From an uncultured Sphingomonas sp. (GTDB taxonomy: Bacteria; Pseudomonadota; Alphaproteobacteria; Sphingomonadales; Sphingomonadaceae), in the NCBI RefSeq assembly GCF_964243315.1, contig NZ_CAXTEM010000008.1, forward strand, positions 13,701-77,700: 64,000 nucleotides of DNA. The letters are read 5' to 3'. Positions 1 through 10,614 of the stretch are shown here, one piece after another; position 1 is the stretch's first letter; every line of letters starts with the position of its first letter. Both the position numbers and the translations under genes were made by a program. The notes under the pieces were generated by a model that saw only the letters and a program-made list of their open reading frames with translations, did no database searches and was not told the origin of the DNA.

Positions 1-848
1 TCGATCGCGGCTTCCGCGGTCAGGCCGCTGTCGATCGCCTCGTTGATCCGCCGCGACCAGCCCTCGTCATAGGCGAACATCTTGTAGGTCGCGAGCACCT
101 CGACATGCTCGCCGCCGACCCCGAACTCCGCGTCGCGGGTCATCCGGTCGATGCCCTCGCGCATCTTGTCGAACGCCGCATAGACGCGGTGGCGCTCGGC
201 GTCGGTGTCCTCGGCAACGGTGTGTTCGATGTTGATCCGCGGCTGGTGGAACACCGCGAACCCCGATCCCATGCCCTCGACCAGCTTCTGCCCCGGGATT
301 CGCACCGCCGCGGTCGATTGCGGGCGGTTCGATCCGCCCGCGGCGCCGTCGATCAGCCCGGCATTCGCGATCAGCTCGGACAGCACCATCGCGACGGTCT
401 GGAGCGCCTCGATCTCGACGTCTTGATACTTGCGCTGCTCCGAATGCTGCACCGCGAGCACGCCGACCGACCGTTCGCGACGGATGATCGGCACGCCCGC
501 GAAGCTGTGAAAGCGTTCCTCGCCGGTTTCGGGCTTGTACGCGAAATCTGGGTGCGAGGCCGCTTCGTCGAGGTTGAGCACCTCGACATCCTCTGCGATC
601 GTGCCGACCAGCCCTTCGCCCAGCGCGAGCTTGGTGACGTGAACCGCCTCCTGCGCCAGCCCGCGCGTCGCGAACAATTCGAGCACGCCTTCACGCAACA
701 GGTAGATCGAGCAGACCTCGCTATCCATCGCCTCGGCGATGATCCCGACGACAGCGTTGAGCTTGGCCTGGGCAGGATTACGCCCCGCCATCACGTCGTG
801 AAGACGCGTCAGAATCTCACGGGCGGAAGCGGCGGCCGAAACGGGCAT
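1..848 (-). CDS. ptsP: Phosphoenolpyruvate-protein phosphotransferase EI-Ntr, 5' part (runs off window)
   Basis: Hand translation of minus strand from ATG at 848: MPVSAAASAREILTRLHDVMA...EVCSIYLLREGVLELFATRGL (GAF domain), then HTVAEDTDAERHRV...TYKMFAYDEGWSRRINEAI. Not in ORF track because it is truncated. Confidence 0.9.
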   Translation of the reverse strand, partial: MPVSAAASAREILTRLHDVMAGRNPAQAKLNAVVGIIAEAMDSEVCSIYLLREGVLELFATRGLAQEAVHVTKLALGEGLVGTIAEDVEVLNLDEAASHPDFAYKPETGEERFHSFAGVPIIRRERSVGVLAVQHSEQRKYQDVEIEALQTVAMVLSELIANAGLIDGAAGGSNRPQSTAAVRIPGQKLVEGMGSGFAVFHQPRINIEHTVAEDTDAERHRVYAAFDKMREGIDRMTRDAEFGVGGEHVEVLATYKMFAYDEGWSRRINEAIDSGLTAEAAI

Positions 849-967
849 GCGCGTGAGCTAACAGATGCGGAACCAGGGTGCCACGCAACATTGTAGTTCC
901 TTTCGCATCCGAGATGCACCGTGGATGATCTATCAAGTGAACGTGCCGTTCGCGGAAGCCCCACAGC

Positions 968-1990
968 TCAGCCGTCGAACAACCCGTCCTGGCTCCCCGC
1001 CGGCGGATTCAGCCCGAGGTGCTTCCACCCCCCCGCATTCAGGCACCGCCCCCGCGCCGTTCGCGCGACCAGCCCGAGCTGGATCAGATACGGCTCGATC
1101 ACCTCCTCGATCGTGTCGCGCGGTTCGCTCAGCCCCGCAGCGAGCGTCTCCACCCCGACCGGACCACCGCGGTAGATGTCGGCGATCATCGTCAGGTAGC
1201 GCCGGTCCATCGCATCGAGACCCAGCGCGTCGACCTCGAGCCGGTTGAGCGCCGAATCCGCCGCGGCGCGATCGACGATCGCATGCCCCCCGACGTCCGC
1301 GAAATCGCGTACCCGGCGCAGCAGCCGCCCCGCGATCCGCGGCGTTCCCCGCGCCCGTCGCGCGATCTCGGTCGCGCCGTCGGGTGCGATCGCCAGCCCG
1401 AGCAGCCCAGCCGCGCGCGTGACCACGCGCTCCAACTCGTCGACGGTGTAGAATTGCAATCGCACCGGGATCCCGAAGCGGTCGCGCAACGGTGTCGTCA
1501 GCAATCCCTGCCGCGTCGTTGCGCCGACGAGCGTGAACCGCGGCAGATCGATGCGCACCGATCGCGCCGACGGCCCTTCGCCGATCATCAGGTCGAGCGC
1601 ACGATCCTCCATGGCCGGGTAGAGCACCTCCTCCACCGCCGGTTGCAGGCGGTGGATCTCGTCGATGAACAGCACGTCGCCATCTTCGAGATTGGTCAGC
1701 AGCGCCGCAAGATCGCCCGACTTGGCGATCACCGGTCCCGACGTGGCGCGGAATCCCACGCCCATCTCCCGCGCGACGATCTGCGCCAGCGTGGTCTTGC
1801 CGAGCCCCGGCGGCCCGAAGAACAGCACATGGTCCAGCGCATCCCCGCGCGCGCGCGCCGCCTGAATGAACACCCGCAGATTTTCACGCGCCGCCCGCTG
1901 CCCGACGAAGTCGTCGAGCGACTTCGGGCGAAGCGCGGCATCGATGTCCTCGGGGCGACGACTTGCATCGATAAGGCGGTCGTCAGTCAT
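968..1990 (-). CDS. ruvB: Holliday junction branch migration ATPase RuvB
   Basis: [21 protein letters not shown] Walker [27 protein letters not shown]. Confidence 0.98.
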   Translation of the reverse strand: MTDDRLIDASRRPEDIDAALRPKSLDDFVGQRAARENLRVFIQAARARGDALDHVLFFGPPGLGKTTLAQIVAREMGVGFRATSGPVIAKSGDLAALLTNLEDGDVLFIDEIHRLQPAVEEVLYPAMEDRALDLMIGEGPSARSVRIDLPRFTLVGATTRQGLLTTPLRDRFGIPVRLQFYTVDELERVVTRAAGLLGLAIAPDGATEIARRARGTPRIAGRLLRRVRDFADVGGHAIVDRAAADSALNRLEVDALGLDAMDRRYLTMIADIYRGGPVGVETLAAGLSEPRDTIEEVIEPYLIQLGLVARTARGRCLNAGGWKHLGLNPPAGSQDGLFDG

Positions 1991-2205
1991 TCGTCAGCAG
2001 CCTTGAGATCGTCGATCGTGAGATTTGCTTGCCGCAGCAGTCCCGCCAACGTCCCCGTTTTCACCTCCTTGTGCAGCGGAACTACGCACCCGGTGTCGCC
2101 GCGTCGCAGGACGACGTCACTGCCACGCTGCCGCGTCTGCACGAAGCCGAGCAGTTGCAGCAACTTGACGATCTCGGCTCCAGACAGAACCGGAAGCTTA
2201 GGCAT
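1987..2205 (-). CDS. hicA: HicA-family toxin (72 aa)
   Basis: [33 protein letters not shown]...[20 protein letters not shown] matches the HicA pattern; the usual GSH reads GSD. Confidence 0.85.
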   Translation of the reverse strand: MPKLPVLSGAEIVKLLQLLGFVQTRQRGSDVVLRRGDTGCVVPLHKEVKTGTLAGLLRQANLTIDDLKAADE

Positions 2206-2404
2206 GGACCGCTATGTCAAGCGTGGTGACGAGTGGCGCGGCGCCTAGCTTCATCGGGAATTCTTCCAAGTACAGCTCTACGGCTTCGCGCAGGTTGATC
2301 AGCGCTTGATCGATTGTGTCGCCCTGCGTCGTCGTGCCGGTCTCCGGGTTGAAGGCCACGTAACCGCCTTCTTCGGCGTGACTGAGAATGGCCGTGACAT
2401 GCAT
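2198..2404 (-). CDS. hicB: HicB-family antitoxin, short form (68 aa)
   Basis: EEGGYVAFNPETGTTTQGDTIDQALINLREAVELYLE; overlaps hicA start by 8 nt. Confidence 0.85.
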   Translation of the reverse strand: MHVTAILSHAEEGGYVAFNPETGTTTQGDTIDQALINLREAVELYLEEFPMKLGAAPLVTTLDIAVHA

Positions 2405-2432
2405 TGCGTTTCTCCCGGAGGCAGAACCTCTG

Positions 2433-3029
2433 CTATCTCGCCGCCTTGCGCAGCGCCAGCCTGACGAGAGCGTCGAGCGTCGCGCCCGCGCCGAGTTCCT
2501 CTTCGGCGAGCGCCACCGCATTGGCGGCTTCGGCGGGGCGAAAGCCTAGGTTGAGCAGCGCCGACACCGCATCTGCACCGGCCCCGGTCGCCGCGGGCAC
2601 GCTCGCGCTTCCCACAGCCACCCCGAGCGCGCCGACCTTGTCCTTCAATTCGCGAACGATGCGCTCGGCGAGCTTGGGACCAACTCCGTTCGCCCGCGCG
2701 ATCATCGCCTTGTCCTGCGCCGCGATCGCCCGACTGAGATCGACGGGCTCGAACGCCGACAAGATCGCGAGCGCCACCCGAGCGCCCACGCCCTGCACCC
2801 CGGTCAGCAACCGGAACCAGTCACGCTCGTCGACGCGGGCGAATCCGACCAGCCGTATGAAGTCCTCCGCCACCAACATTTCGGTATGGAGCGTGCACGC
2901 CTCGCCCACCGGCCCGATCGCCGCGAGCGTCCGCGCGGATGCGCCGACCATGTAGCCGACGCCGCCGACGTCGATGACGGCATAGTCGATACCCGTGGCG
3001 TCGAGCCTGCCCTTCAGATGCGCAATCAC
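2433..3029 (-). CDS. ruvA: Holliday junction DNA-binding protein RuvA
   Basis: [54 protein letters not shown]. Confidence 0.97.
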   Translation of the reverse strand: MIAHLKGRLDATGIDYAVIDVGGVGYMVGASARTLAAIGPVGEACTLHTEMLVAEDFIRLVGFARVDERDWFRLLTGVQGVGARVALAILSAFEPVDLSRAIAAQDKAMIARANGVGPKLAERIVRELKDKVGALGVAVGSASVPAATGAGADAVSALLNLGFRPAEAANAVALAEEELGAGATLDALVRLALRKAAR

Positions 3030-3093
3030 GCTCGCCGGTTACGGCAACCGCACGGCGCCGTCACCTTGCAAAAGGAGGCGGTGCCGCGCGCAA

Positions 3094-3918
3094 CTAGAAG
3101 CGGATGCGGCGCGCGATGATCGGCGGCAGCAGTTCGTTCTTCAATTCGGTCAACTTGACCTGCCAATCGCGTTTATCGCCCGACCCGGGGCGGACCTGGA
3201 ACTGGGTGGTGTGCGACCGCTTCGTGCCGTCCCAGGTGGAGGTGTAGTAATAGAGCGCGATCGACTTGCGCGATATTCCCTGGGGATGGTTGATCGGATC
3301 GGGGTTGCCATGCTGGCTGTTCGACGTGGTGTTGAAGATCACGCAGCGGTTGAACAACGGCACGATGTCCTGGTGCCGGGTCGTCATCTGCTCGTCCCAC
3401 AGCTCCAGCGAGCCACCATAGTCCTTCTTCCAGTCCTTGTTCAGGTAGATCAGGACATTGATCCGGCGTTCCAGGTTCATCGGCTTGTGATGGTTGAAGT
3501 CGGCATGAACCGACAGATGCCCGCCCTGTTTGATCTCATGGATGCCCGCACCCATGAAATACGGGTCGGGGATCAGGCCCTTGATGCCGGTGATGTTCTC
3601 CATCAGCTTGATGAAGGGCTTCGAATTGAACGAATAAAATAATGCGCGGAGATCGTCGTCCAGCGTATCGGGCTGATAGCTGGTCTTGAAGCGCTCCTGC
3701 GGCCGATCGAAGGTCGCGGCCTCTTCGTCGATCTTGAGCTTGTCGCAATGCTCGAGCACCTTTTCCAGCAGCGGCGCCGGCAGGAAGTCGTCGATCACCA
3801 CATGCGGGAAGGGCGCTGCGGCGTTGTAACGCTCGGTCAGCTCGGTGCCGAGCGTCTGGCCGCCCATCGGCGCCATGAAGCCGGTCCGCTCGTCGATCAG
3901 CTCAACATAGCTCATCAC
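3094..3918 (-). CDS. 2OG-Fe(II) oxygenase (prolyl-4-hydroxylase-like)
   Basis: PFPHVVIDDFLP, HxD motif HADFN, LIYLNKDW..YGGSLELWD, distal HG and RKSIALYYY. Confidence 0.88.
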   Translation of the reverse strand: MMSYVELIDERTGFMAPMGGQTLGTELTERYNAAAPFPHVVIDDFLPAPLLEKVLEHCDKLKIDEEAATFDRPQERFKTSYQPDTLDDDLRALFYSFNSKPFIKLMENITGIKGLIPDPYFMGAGIHEIKQGGHLSVHADFNHHKPMNLERRINVLIYLNKDWKKDYGGSLELWDEQMTTRHQDIVPLFNRCVIFNTTSNSQHGNPDPINHPQGISRKSIALYYYTSTWDGTKRSHTTQFQVRPGSGDKRDWQVKLTELKNELLPPIIARRIRF

Positions 3919-4015
3919 TCATTTCCTTCGCACTGCAGCATCGACGGTGAAATAAGGCCGGAACAAGCGCCACGCCACCCACTAATTGAACGCGCCGCCA
4001 GCAGGCGTACCATAA

Positions 4016-4522
4016 TCAGGCACCTGCGGCGCGGCGGCGCTCCATCGCGCGCGCGCTCGCCAGATGGTGGGCGTGGGTGATCGCTACCGCAAGCGCATCA
4101 GCCGCGTCGGGGCCCGCCAGCTTGGCGCCGGGGAGCAGCACCGCCATCATCGCCTGGATCTGCCGCTTTTCCGCGCCGCCGGTGCCGACCACCGCCTTCT
4201 TCACCGTCGACGGGTGATATTCGCCGATGTGCAGACCCGCACCAGCGGCGGCGAGCAGCACGACGCCGCGCGCCTGGCCGAGCTTCAGCGTCGACTGCGC
4301 GTTGGTATTGCCGAGCACCTCCTCGACCGCGGCCCCGTCGGGGCGTTCGGCGAGGATGACGTCGATCAGCGCGGCGTGGAGGTTCGTCAGCCGGCGCGGA
4401 AGCGGCATCGACGGGTCGGTCTTGATCTGGCCGTTGGCGATATGGCTGAGCCGGTTGCCATCGGCATGGATCACGCCCCAACCGGTCGTGCCCAGCCCTG
4501 GGTCGAGACCGAGGATGATCAT
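4016..4522 (-). CDS. ruvC: Crossover junction endodeoxyribonuclease RuvC
   Basis: [45 protein letters not shown]. Confidence 0.97.
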   Translation of the reverse strand: MIILGLDPGLGTTGWGVIHADGNRLSHIANGQIKTDPSMPLPRRLTNLHAALIDVILAERPDGAAVEEVLGNTNAQSTLKLGQARGVVLLAAAGAGLHIGEYHPSTVKKAVVGTGGAEKRQIQAMMAVLLPGAKLAGPDAADALAVAITHAHHLASARAMERRRAAGA

Positions 4523-4536
4523 GAGAAGATGGTGTT

Positions 4537-4743
4537 CACGCGGAGGCGCGGAGGCGCGGAGAAGAGTTTTAGCGCGCTGAGGCGCAGAGGACGCAGAGAG
4601 GAAGAGCGGTCGTTCGCGTTAGCAAACAGGTCAATCCGGCCGGCTTGCGATGATCGAAGCCGCTGCGCGGAGAGAAACATGCTCTGCGTCCTCCGCGGCT
4701 CTGCGCGCACGTTCCTTCTATTCCGCGCCGCGGCGTCTGCGTG
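4537..4743. repeat. Nested inverted-repeat element (family H, cgcagaggacgcagag type)
   Basis: Inner arms 4573-4598 and 4682-4707 pair 23/26; looser outer arms 4537-4561 and 4721-4743. Confidence 0.7.
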
Positions 4744-4762
4744 CGAAGCCAGCTTCGTTCCC

Positions 4763-5506
4763 TCAGCCAAGCTTTTCCATCACCTCGTCCGACACCTCGT
4801 AATTGCCCCAGACGGTCTGAACGTCGTCATCGTCGTCGAGCGTGTCGATCAGCTTGAACAAGGTCGCGGCATCGCCCTCCTCGACCGAGACCATGGTCTG
4901 CGGCCGCCAGGCTAGCTTCGCGCCCTCCGCTTCGCCGAGCACCGCCTCCAGCGCCTTGGCGACGCCGTGGAGGTCGCCCTGCGCGGTCCAGATCTCGTGG
5001 CCGTCCTCGCTCGACTGGACGTCCTCCGCCCCCGCATCCAGCGCCGCTTCGAACACCGCATCCGCGTTGCCGACGCTCGCCGGGTACGAGATCAGCCCCA
5101 TCCGGTCGAAGGCGTGGCTGACCGATCCGCTCGCGCCGAGATTGCCGCCGTTCTTGGCGACCGCGGTACGCACATTGGTCGCGGTGCGGTTGCGGTTGTC
5201 GGTCAGCGCCTCGATGATCAGGCTCACGCCGCCGGGGCCGAATCCCTCGTACCGGATCTCCTCGTACAGCTCGGCATCGCCGCGGCTCGCCTTGTCGATC
5301 GACCGCTGAATATTGTCCTTGGGCAGCGATGCCGCCTTCGCCGCCGCCACGGCGGCACGCAGCCGCGGGTTCATGTCAGGATCGGGCAGGCCCATCTTCG
5401 CCGCCACGGTAATTTCGCGGCTCAGCTTGGAAAATAGCGAGCTGCGCTTCTTATCCTGCGCACCCTTGCGATGCATGATGTTCTTGAACTTGGAATGGCC
5501 TGCCAT
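4763..5506 (-). CDS. yebC: YebC/PmpR family protein
   Basis: [55 protein letters not shown]; upstream of ruvC as usual. Confidence 0.97.
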   Translation of the reverse strand: MAGHSKFKNIMHRKGAQDKKRSSLFSKLSREITVAAKMGLPDPDMNPRLRAAVAAAKAASLPKDNIQRSIDKASRGDAELYEEIRYEGFGPGGVSLIIEALTDNRNRTATNVRTAVAKNGGNLGASGSVSHAFDRMGLISYPASVGNADAVFEAALDAGAEDVQSSEDGHEIWTAQGDLHGVAKALEAVLGEAEGAKLAWRPQTMVSVEEGDAATLFKLIDTLDDDDDVQTVWGNYEVSDEVMEKLG

Positions 5507-5535
5507 GACTGCCTCTACCCGATGATCGGCCGGCT

Positions 5536-6099
5536 TTAGGCGGCGGGCGCGCGGTTCGCCAGCCCGTCGATTCCGCGCGCGCCGAGCGCATCGATCTTCG
5601 CCTCCATCGCCGCGAGCCGTTCCAGCACCGTCACGTCGATCTTGTGGTGGAGCCGCAGGATGTCGAGCTCCGCGCGCAGATTGGTCTCGTAGTCGAGGCT
5701 CGCGGCGAGCCGATCCTTCGACGCCTGTCGGTTCTGGCTCATCATGATCACCGGCGCCTGTACCGCGGCCAACGTCGACAGCATCAGGTTGAGGAAGATG
5801 TAGGGATAGGGATCGAACGCCGCGCCGAACCGCGCGAGCACGTCGGTGTTGAGCAGCATCCAGCCGAACAGCACCACCGTAAAGGCGATGATGAAGCCCC
5901 ACGATCCGCCGATCGCCGCGACCTTGTCCGCCAGTCGGTCACCGAGGCTGGATCGCGCGTCCGATTCGTCGGCGGCATCGCGGCTGACGATCGAGCCGGT
6001 GTCGATGCTGTCGAGCACGCGCCGCTCTTCGTCGTCGAGCGCGTGGGCTGGCTTGTGCAGCAGGTTCTGCGCGAGGTCGGCGAGCGGGAGCTTGGCCAT
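5536..6099 (-). CDS. DUF1003 family membrane protein
   Basis: [50 protein letters not shown]. Confidence 0.9.
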   Translation of the reverse strand: MAKLPLADLAQNLLHKPAHALDDEERRVLDSIDTGSIVSRDAADESDARSSLGDRLADKVAAIGGSWGFIIAFTVVLFGWMLLNTDVLARFGAAFDPYPYIFLNLMLSTLAAVQAPVIMMSQNRQASKDRLAASLDYETNLRAELDILRLHHKIDVTVLERLAAMEAKIDALGARGIDGLANRAPAA

Positions 6100-6216
6100 C
6101 GATTGCATCCTCGGGGAGTGGGCGGTCGGACGGTGCCCTAGGCCCAGGTCCCGGCGCCGGCAACCGAGCGCAAAGCGCTTGCCCCCAGCCCCCCGGATCG
6201 GCCAAACGCGCCGACG

Positions 6217-7668
6217 ATGACCGTCAGCGTAGACATGGGCAGCGACGAGCGCGGCGCGCCCGTGACCATGGATCTCGAAGAACTGCTCGCCACTCGCTTG
6301 CTCGTCCAGGGCAATTCGGGTTCGGGCAAGTCGCATCTGTTGCGCCGCCTGCTCGAACGCTGCGCCGGTCAGGTTCAGCAGGTAGTGATCGATCCCGAGG
6401 GCGACTTCGTCACGCTCGGCCCACGCTACGGCCATGTCGTGATCGAGGCGGGCGACTATTCGCAGCCCGAGATCGCGCGGATCGCCGGGCGGTTGCGCGA
6501 ACACCGCGCGTCGGTGGTACTGAGCCTCGAGGGCTTGGAGGCGGAGGGGCAGATGCGCTGCGCCGCCGCCTTCCTGTCGGCGCTGTTCGATGCCCCGCGC
6601 GACCATTGGTATCCGGCGCTCGTCGTGGTCGACGAGGCGCAGCTTTTCGCGCCCACTACCGGCGGTGAGGTCGCCGAGGAGGTACGCCGCGCGTCGTTGT
6701 CGGCGATGACCAACCTGATGTGCCGCGGGCGCAAGCGCGGGCTAGCCGGGGTGATCGCGACGCAGCGGCTGGCGAAGCTCGCGAAGAACGTCGCCGCCGA
6801 AGCCTCCAACTTCCTGATGGGGCGCACCTTCCTCGACATCGACATGGCGCGCGCCGCCGACCTGCTCGGCATGGAACGGCGCCAGGCGGAGGCGATCCGC
6901 GACCTGCCGCGCGGCAGCTTCCTCGCGCTCGGCCCCGCGGTCTCGCGTCGGCCGGTGACGGTCAAGATCGGCGCGGTCGAGACCTCGGCACGCAACGGCA
7001 GCCCCAAGCTGGTGCCGCTGCCGAGCGCCGCACCAGCCGATCTGCAGGAACTGGTCTTCGCGCCCGTGCCGCTCGCGCCGACCTTCGCGTTCACCGATCC
7101 GGTGCCCCGCCGCGTGCCCGCGGACGACCTGATCGCCGAGCTCGCAAAGCCGGCGACGGAGGTCGAGCCGCCGCCGGAAACGTCACCGGAAGAGATCGAG
7201 GCGATCTACACGTCGGTGATGCGCGCGATCGTCGAGGATCCCGAGGCGGCGATGCGCCCTGCGGCGGTGCTGTTCCAGGATTTCCAGGTGCGGTGCCGGA
7301 TGGCCGGGCTCGCCCGACCGGCGCTCGATCTGCCTGCGTTCGCCAAGCGGCTGAGCTGCGCACGCGCCGGAATTTTCGACGTCGCCGACGAGGAATGGCG
7401 CGATGCGCTGACCCTTGCCGGCGCGCTTCCCGACGACATGCTCGGCGCCTTCCTGCTCGTCGCGCGGGCGGCGCGCGAGGGCGAGCCGTGCCCATCCGAC
7501 GCCGCGATCGCCGCCACCTACGGTACCAGCTCGCTCGGCCGCGTCCGCCGGCTGATCACCTATATCGAAGCGCGCGACCTGTTCGTGTGCCGCACCGACC
7601 TGTCCGGCAAGCGATCGATCACCATCCCCCGACTTGGCTGGACCACCGCGTCGAGCGAGGCGGCTTAA
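6217..7668 (+). CDS. HerA/FtsK-like P-loop ATPase (DUF87/DUF853-like) with helical C-terminal extension
   Basis: [47 protein letters not shown]. Confidence 0.85.
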   Translation: MTVSVDMGSDERGAPVTMDLEELLATRLLVQGNSGSGKSHLLRRLLERCAGQVQQVVIDPEGDFVTLGPRYGHVVIEAGDYSQPEIARIAGRLREHRASVVLSLEGLEAEGQMRCAAAFLSALFDAPRDHWYPALVVVDEAQLFAPTTGGEVAEEVRRASLSAMTNLMCRGRKRGLAGVIATQRLAKLAKNVAAEASNFLMGRTFLDIDMARAADLLGMERRQAEAIRDLPRGSFLALGPAVSRRPVTVKIGAVETSARNGSPKLVPLPSAAPADLQELVFAPVPLAPTFAFTDPVPRRVPADDLIAELAKPATEVEPPPETSPEEIEAIYTSVMRAIVEDPEAAMRPAAVLFQDFQVRCRMAGLARPALDLPAFAKRLSCARAGIFDVADEEWRDALTLAGALPDDMLGAFLLVARAAREGEPCPSDAAIAATYGTSSLGRVRRLITYIEARDLFVCRTDLSGKRSITIPRLGWTTASSEAA

Positions 7669-8810
7669 GACCCGACCAACACGGACCGGTCGATCGCCGC
7701 AATGTTGGTACGCGCCGTCAGCGCCATCGCCACCCGCATCTCGGCCTCGATCAACCGCAGCATGTGTGCGACCCCCGCCTGTCCGCCGCCTGCCAGCGCG
7801 AACGCCCAGGCGCGGCCGAGCAGCACGGTTTTTGCGCCGAGTGCCAGCATCCGCACCACGTCGAGCCCCGATCGCACCCCGCCGTCGACCATCACCGTCA
7901 GCAGGTCGCCGACCGCGTCCGCGATCGGCGGCAGCGCCGCGGCGGTGGACGGCACGCCGTCGAGCTGGCGCCCGCCATGATTGGAGACGATGATGCCGTC
8001 GACCCCGCGCGCCACGGCTTCACGCGCGTCGTCGACGTCGAGGATGCCCTTCACGATCACCGGCCCGCTCCATTCCGCGCGGATGAAGTCGAGATCGTGC
8101 CAGCCGACCGCCGCGTCGAAATTGCCGCGCATCCAGGCGAAGAAATCCTCCAGCCCGCTGTCCTTGCCCAGCACCGGCGCGACATTGCCGAGATGATGCG
8201 GGCGGCCATGGATGCCGACATCCCAGGCCCAGCGCGGGCGCTGCATCGCCTGGAACGCCCGGCGTACCGCGCCCGTGAACCCCGGCGCGCCCGCCAGCCC
8301 CGACCGGTAATCGCGGTAGCGCGATCCCGGCACCGGCATGTCGACGGTGAAGACGAGCGCGTCGCAACCCGCGTCGCGGGCCTGGTGCAGCAGGTCGCGC
8401 ATGAAACCGCGGTCGCGGATCATGTAGAGCTGGAACCAGAACGGCTTGGTGACGCCCTGCGCCACCTCCGCGATCGAACAGGCCGATACGGTGGAAAGGC
8501 AGAAGGGAATGCCCGCCGCCTCCGCCGCGCGCGCCGCCTGCACTTCGCCGCGCCGTGCGCCCAAACCGGCCAGCCCGATCGGCGCGAGTGCGACGGGCAG
8601 CGCCAGGCGCCGCCCGAACAGCTCCGTCGACAGGTCGATCGTGGAGACGTCGGACAGCACCCGCTGGCGTAGCGCCACCGCCTCCAGATCGGCGATGTTC
8701 CGGCGCAGCGTCACCTCGGCATAGGAGCCACCGTCGTAATAATCGAAGAGGAAACGCGGCAACCGCCGCCGCGCGAGCTCACGGTAATCGAGGGTCGATG
8801 CCGCTTTCAC
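7665..8810 (-). CDS. lldD: FMN-dependent L-lactate dehydrogenase
   Basis: [58 protein letters not shown]. Confidence 0.92.
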   Translation of the reverse strand: MKAASTLDYRELARRRLPRFLFDYYDGGSYAEVTLRRNIADLEAVALRQRVLSDVSTIDLSTELFGRRLALPVALAPIGLAGLGARRGEVQAARAAEAAGIPFCLSTVSACSIAEVAQGVTKPFWFQLYMIRDRGFMRDLLHQARDAGCDALVFTVDMPVPGSRYRDYRSGLAGAPGFTGAVRRAFQAMQRPRWAWDVGIHGRPHHLGNVAPVLGKDSGLEDFFAWMRGNFDAAVGWHDLDFIRAEWSGPVIVKGILDVDDAREAVARGVDGIIVSNHGGRQLDGVPSTAAALPPIADAVGDLLTVMVDGGVRSGLDVVRMLALGAKTVLLGRAWAFALAGGGQAGVAHMLRLIEAEMRVAMALTARTNIAAIDRSVLVGS

Positions 8811-8951
8811 CGCGTAGTGCCGGATTGGGTGATCGTACCGTGCCTAACAAGCATTCGTGTTCACCCGCCCCGCAGCTCGTAGCCGATCGCTGAAATCGTG
8901 TTTACAGGTGAAACGGACCAGCTCCACCCTATTCGCATCGAGGACCCCCGC

Positions 8952-9815
8952 ATGAAACTCTGTCGCTACGGCCCGCGCGGTCAGGAGAAACCCGGCGTCG
9001 TCGATGACAACGGCCGCATCCGCGATCTATCGGCGCACCTCGCGGATCTCACGCCCGCGGCTGTCACGCCTGCGGCGATCGCGCGGTTGCAGGCGATCGA
9101 CCTGGCATCGCTGCCGCTCGTCGAAGGCAGCCCCCGCTACGGCATCCCCGTCGCCGGCATCGGCAAGTTTATCGCCGTCGGCCTCAATTATGCCGATCAC
9201 GCCGCCGAATCAAATCTACCGGTGCCGCCCGAACCGATCTTCTTCACCAAGGCGATCTCCTGTCTGACCGGCCCGAACGACGAGGTGATGATTCCCCGCG
9301 ACTCGCAGAAGACCGATTGGGAGGTCGAACTCGGGATCGTGATCGGCACCACCTGCCGCTATGTCGAGCAAGCCGACGCACTCGATCATGTCGCGGGCTA
9401 TGTTCTGGTCAACGACGTGTCCGAACGCGCCTTCCAGAAGGAACTCGGCAGCCAGTGGGACAAGGGCAAGGGGTGCGACACGTTCGGCCCGTGCGGACCG
9501 TGGCTGGTCACCCCCGACGAGGTCGGCGACGTCCAGGCGCTGGACATGTTCCTCGACGTCAACGGCACGCGGATGCAGACCGGCAACACCCGGACGATGA
9601 TCTTCCCGGTTGCTGAATGCATCGCCTATGTCAGCCGCTTCATCACGCTGCATCCCGGTGACCTGCTGATCACCGGCACCCCGCCGGGCGTTGGCGAGGG
9701 CAAGAAGCCGCACCCGATCTTCCTGAAGCCGGGTGACGAGATGCGCCTCGGCGTGACCGGCCTGGGCGAACAACGCCAGCGCGTAATGGCGTTCGATCTG
9801 GCGGAAATGGGCTGA
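8952..9815 (+). CDS. Fumarylacetoacetate hydrolase family protein (2,4-diketo-3-deoxy-aldonate hydrolase-like)
   Basis: MKLCRYGPRGQEKPG, GLNYADHAAE, DWEVELGIVIG, NDVSERAFQ, KGCDTFGPCGP, GTPPGVG. Confidence 0.88.
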   Translation: MKLCRYGPRGQEKPGVVDDNGRIRDLSAHLADLTPAAVTPAAIARLQAIDLASLPLVEGSPRYGIPVAGIGKFIAVGLNYADHAAESNLPVPPEPIFFTKAISCLTGPNDEVMIPRDSQKTDWEVELGIVIGTTCRYVEQADALDHVAGYVLVNDVSERAFQKELGSQWDKGKGCDTFGPCGPWLVTPDEVGDVQALDMFLDVNGTRMQTGNTRTMIFPVAECIAYVSRFITLHPGDLLITGTPPGVGEGKKPHPIFLKPGDEMRLGVTGLGEQRQRVMAFDLAEMG

Positions 9816-9822
9816 ACCTAGA

Positions 9823-9848
9823 TCCTCCCTCGCTTCAGCGGGGGAGGA
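9823..9848. repeat. Single hairpin related to family B terminal arm
   Basis: tcctccctcgcttcagcgggggagga between convergent genes; near-identical copy at 24821-24848. Confidence 0.65.
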
Positions 9849-9861
9849 ACAAGGCGCACGC

Positions 9862-10128
9862 TCAGATCATCCCCAAGGCCTGCATGTATACCTCGAGGAT
9901 CGCCTCCTCCTCCTGATACTCTTCCTTCTTCTTCTTGCGGATCGACAGGATCTTGCGGATCGCCTTCGGATCGTAACCGCGACCCTTGGCCTCGGCCATC
10001 ACGTCCTTGATGTCGTCGGCGATGCCCTTCTTTTCTTCTTCGAGCCGCTCGGCGCGCTCGATCAGCAGCCGCAGTTCGTCCGCCGCGACGTGTCCGCCGC
10101 CCATGCCTTCTTGTCGTTCTTCAGCCAT
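9862..10128 (-). CDS. gapR: DUF2312 / GapR nucleoid-associated protein
   Basis: [47 protein letters not shown]. Confidence 0.9.
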   Translation of the reverse strand: MAEERQEGMGGGHVAADELRLLIERAERLEEEKKGIADDIKDVMAEAKGRGYDPKAIRKILSIRKKKKEEYQEEEAILEVYMQALGMI

Positions 10129-10242
10129 GCCAATCCCCCGCCCGCGGCCATGCGCCCGCGGTCCTTCTGTCTGTCGAATGGAATACCGGACGGTCGACCC
10201 GCCCCGGTAGGCGGCTGCGTCTAGGCGGTTAGCCGGGACGGC

Positions 10243-10539
10243 TCAAGCCGCGTTCTTCGTCATGCTCTCGTCCATCCGTGCGATCTGCTCGGGCGTCGCC
10301 TCGGCCTGGTAGCGCGCCTTCCATTCCGCCTGGGGCATGCCGTAGATCGTCTCGCGCGCCTGTGCCTTGTCGAGCCCGCCCGCCTCTTCGATCCAGTCCG
10401 ACAGGCAGTTGCGGCAGAAGCCCGACAATCCCATCAGGTCGATGTTCTGCGCATCGGTGCGATGGCGCAGGTGCAGCACCAGCCGGCGGAACGCCTTGGC
10501 CGCGATGGCATCGTCGAGCTGGTCGAGTTTATCGGTCAT
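10243..10539 (-). CDS. DUF1244 family protein
   Basis: AFRRLVLHLRHRTDAQNIDLMGLSGFCRNCLSDW...IYGMPQAEWK. Confidence 0.9.
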   Translation of the reverse strand: MTDKLDQLDDAIAAKAFRRLVLHLRHRTDAQNIDLMGLSGFCRNCLSDWIEEAGGLDKAQARETIYGMPQAEWKARYQAEATPEQIARMDESMTKNAA

Positions 10540-10614
10540 GTCGTCCTCGAAGGTTGATCGGGATGAGATAGGAGCTAGAGGTGCTCGCGGCAAAGCCCCA
10601 GGAGCCGCAATCAC

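Noticed and set aside
105-896. Long antisense or alternative-frame ORFs in the track (also 1019-2248, 30136-33708, 34583-36427, 41584-43584 and many others)
   Set aside because: They overlap clear housekeeping genes and have no recognisable motifs; long shadow ORFs are expected at this GC content.
4523-4762. LexA box upstream of ruvC
   Set aside because: I found no GTTC-N7-GTTC or GAAC-N7-GAAC by eye, so SOS control is not supported here.
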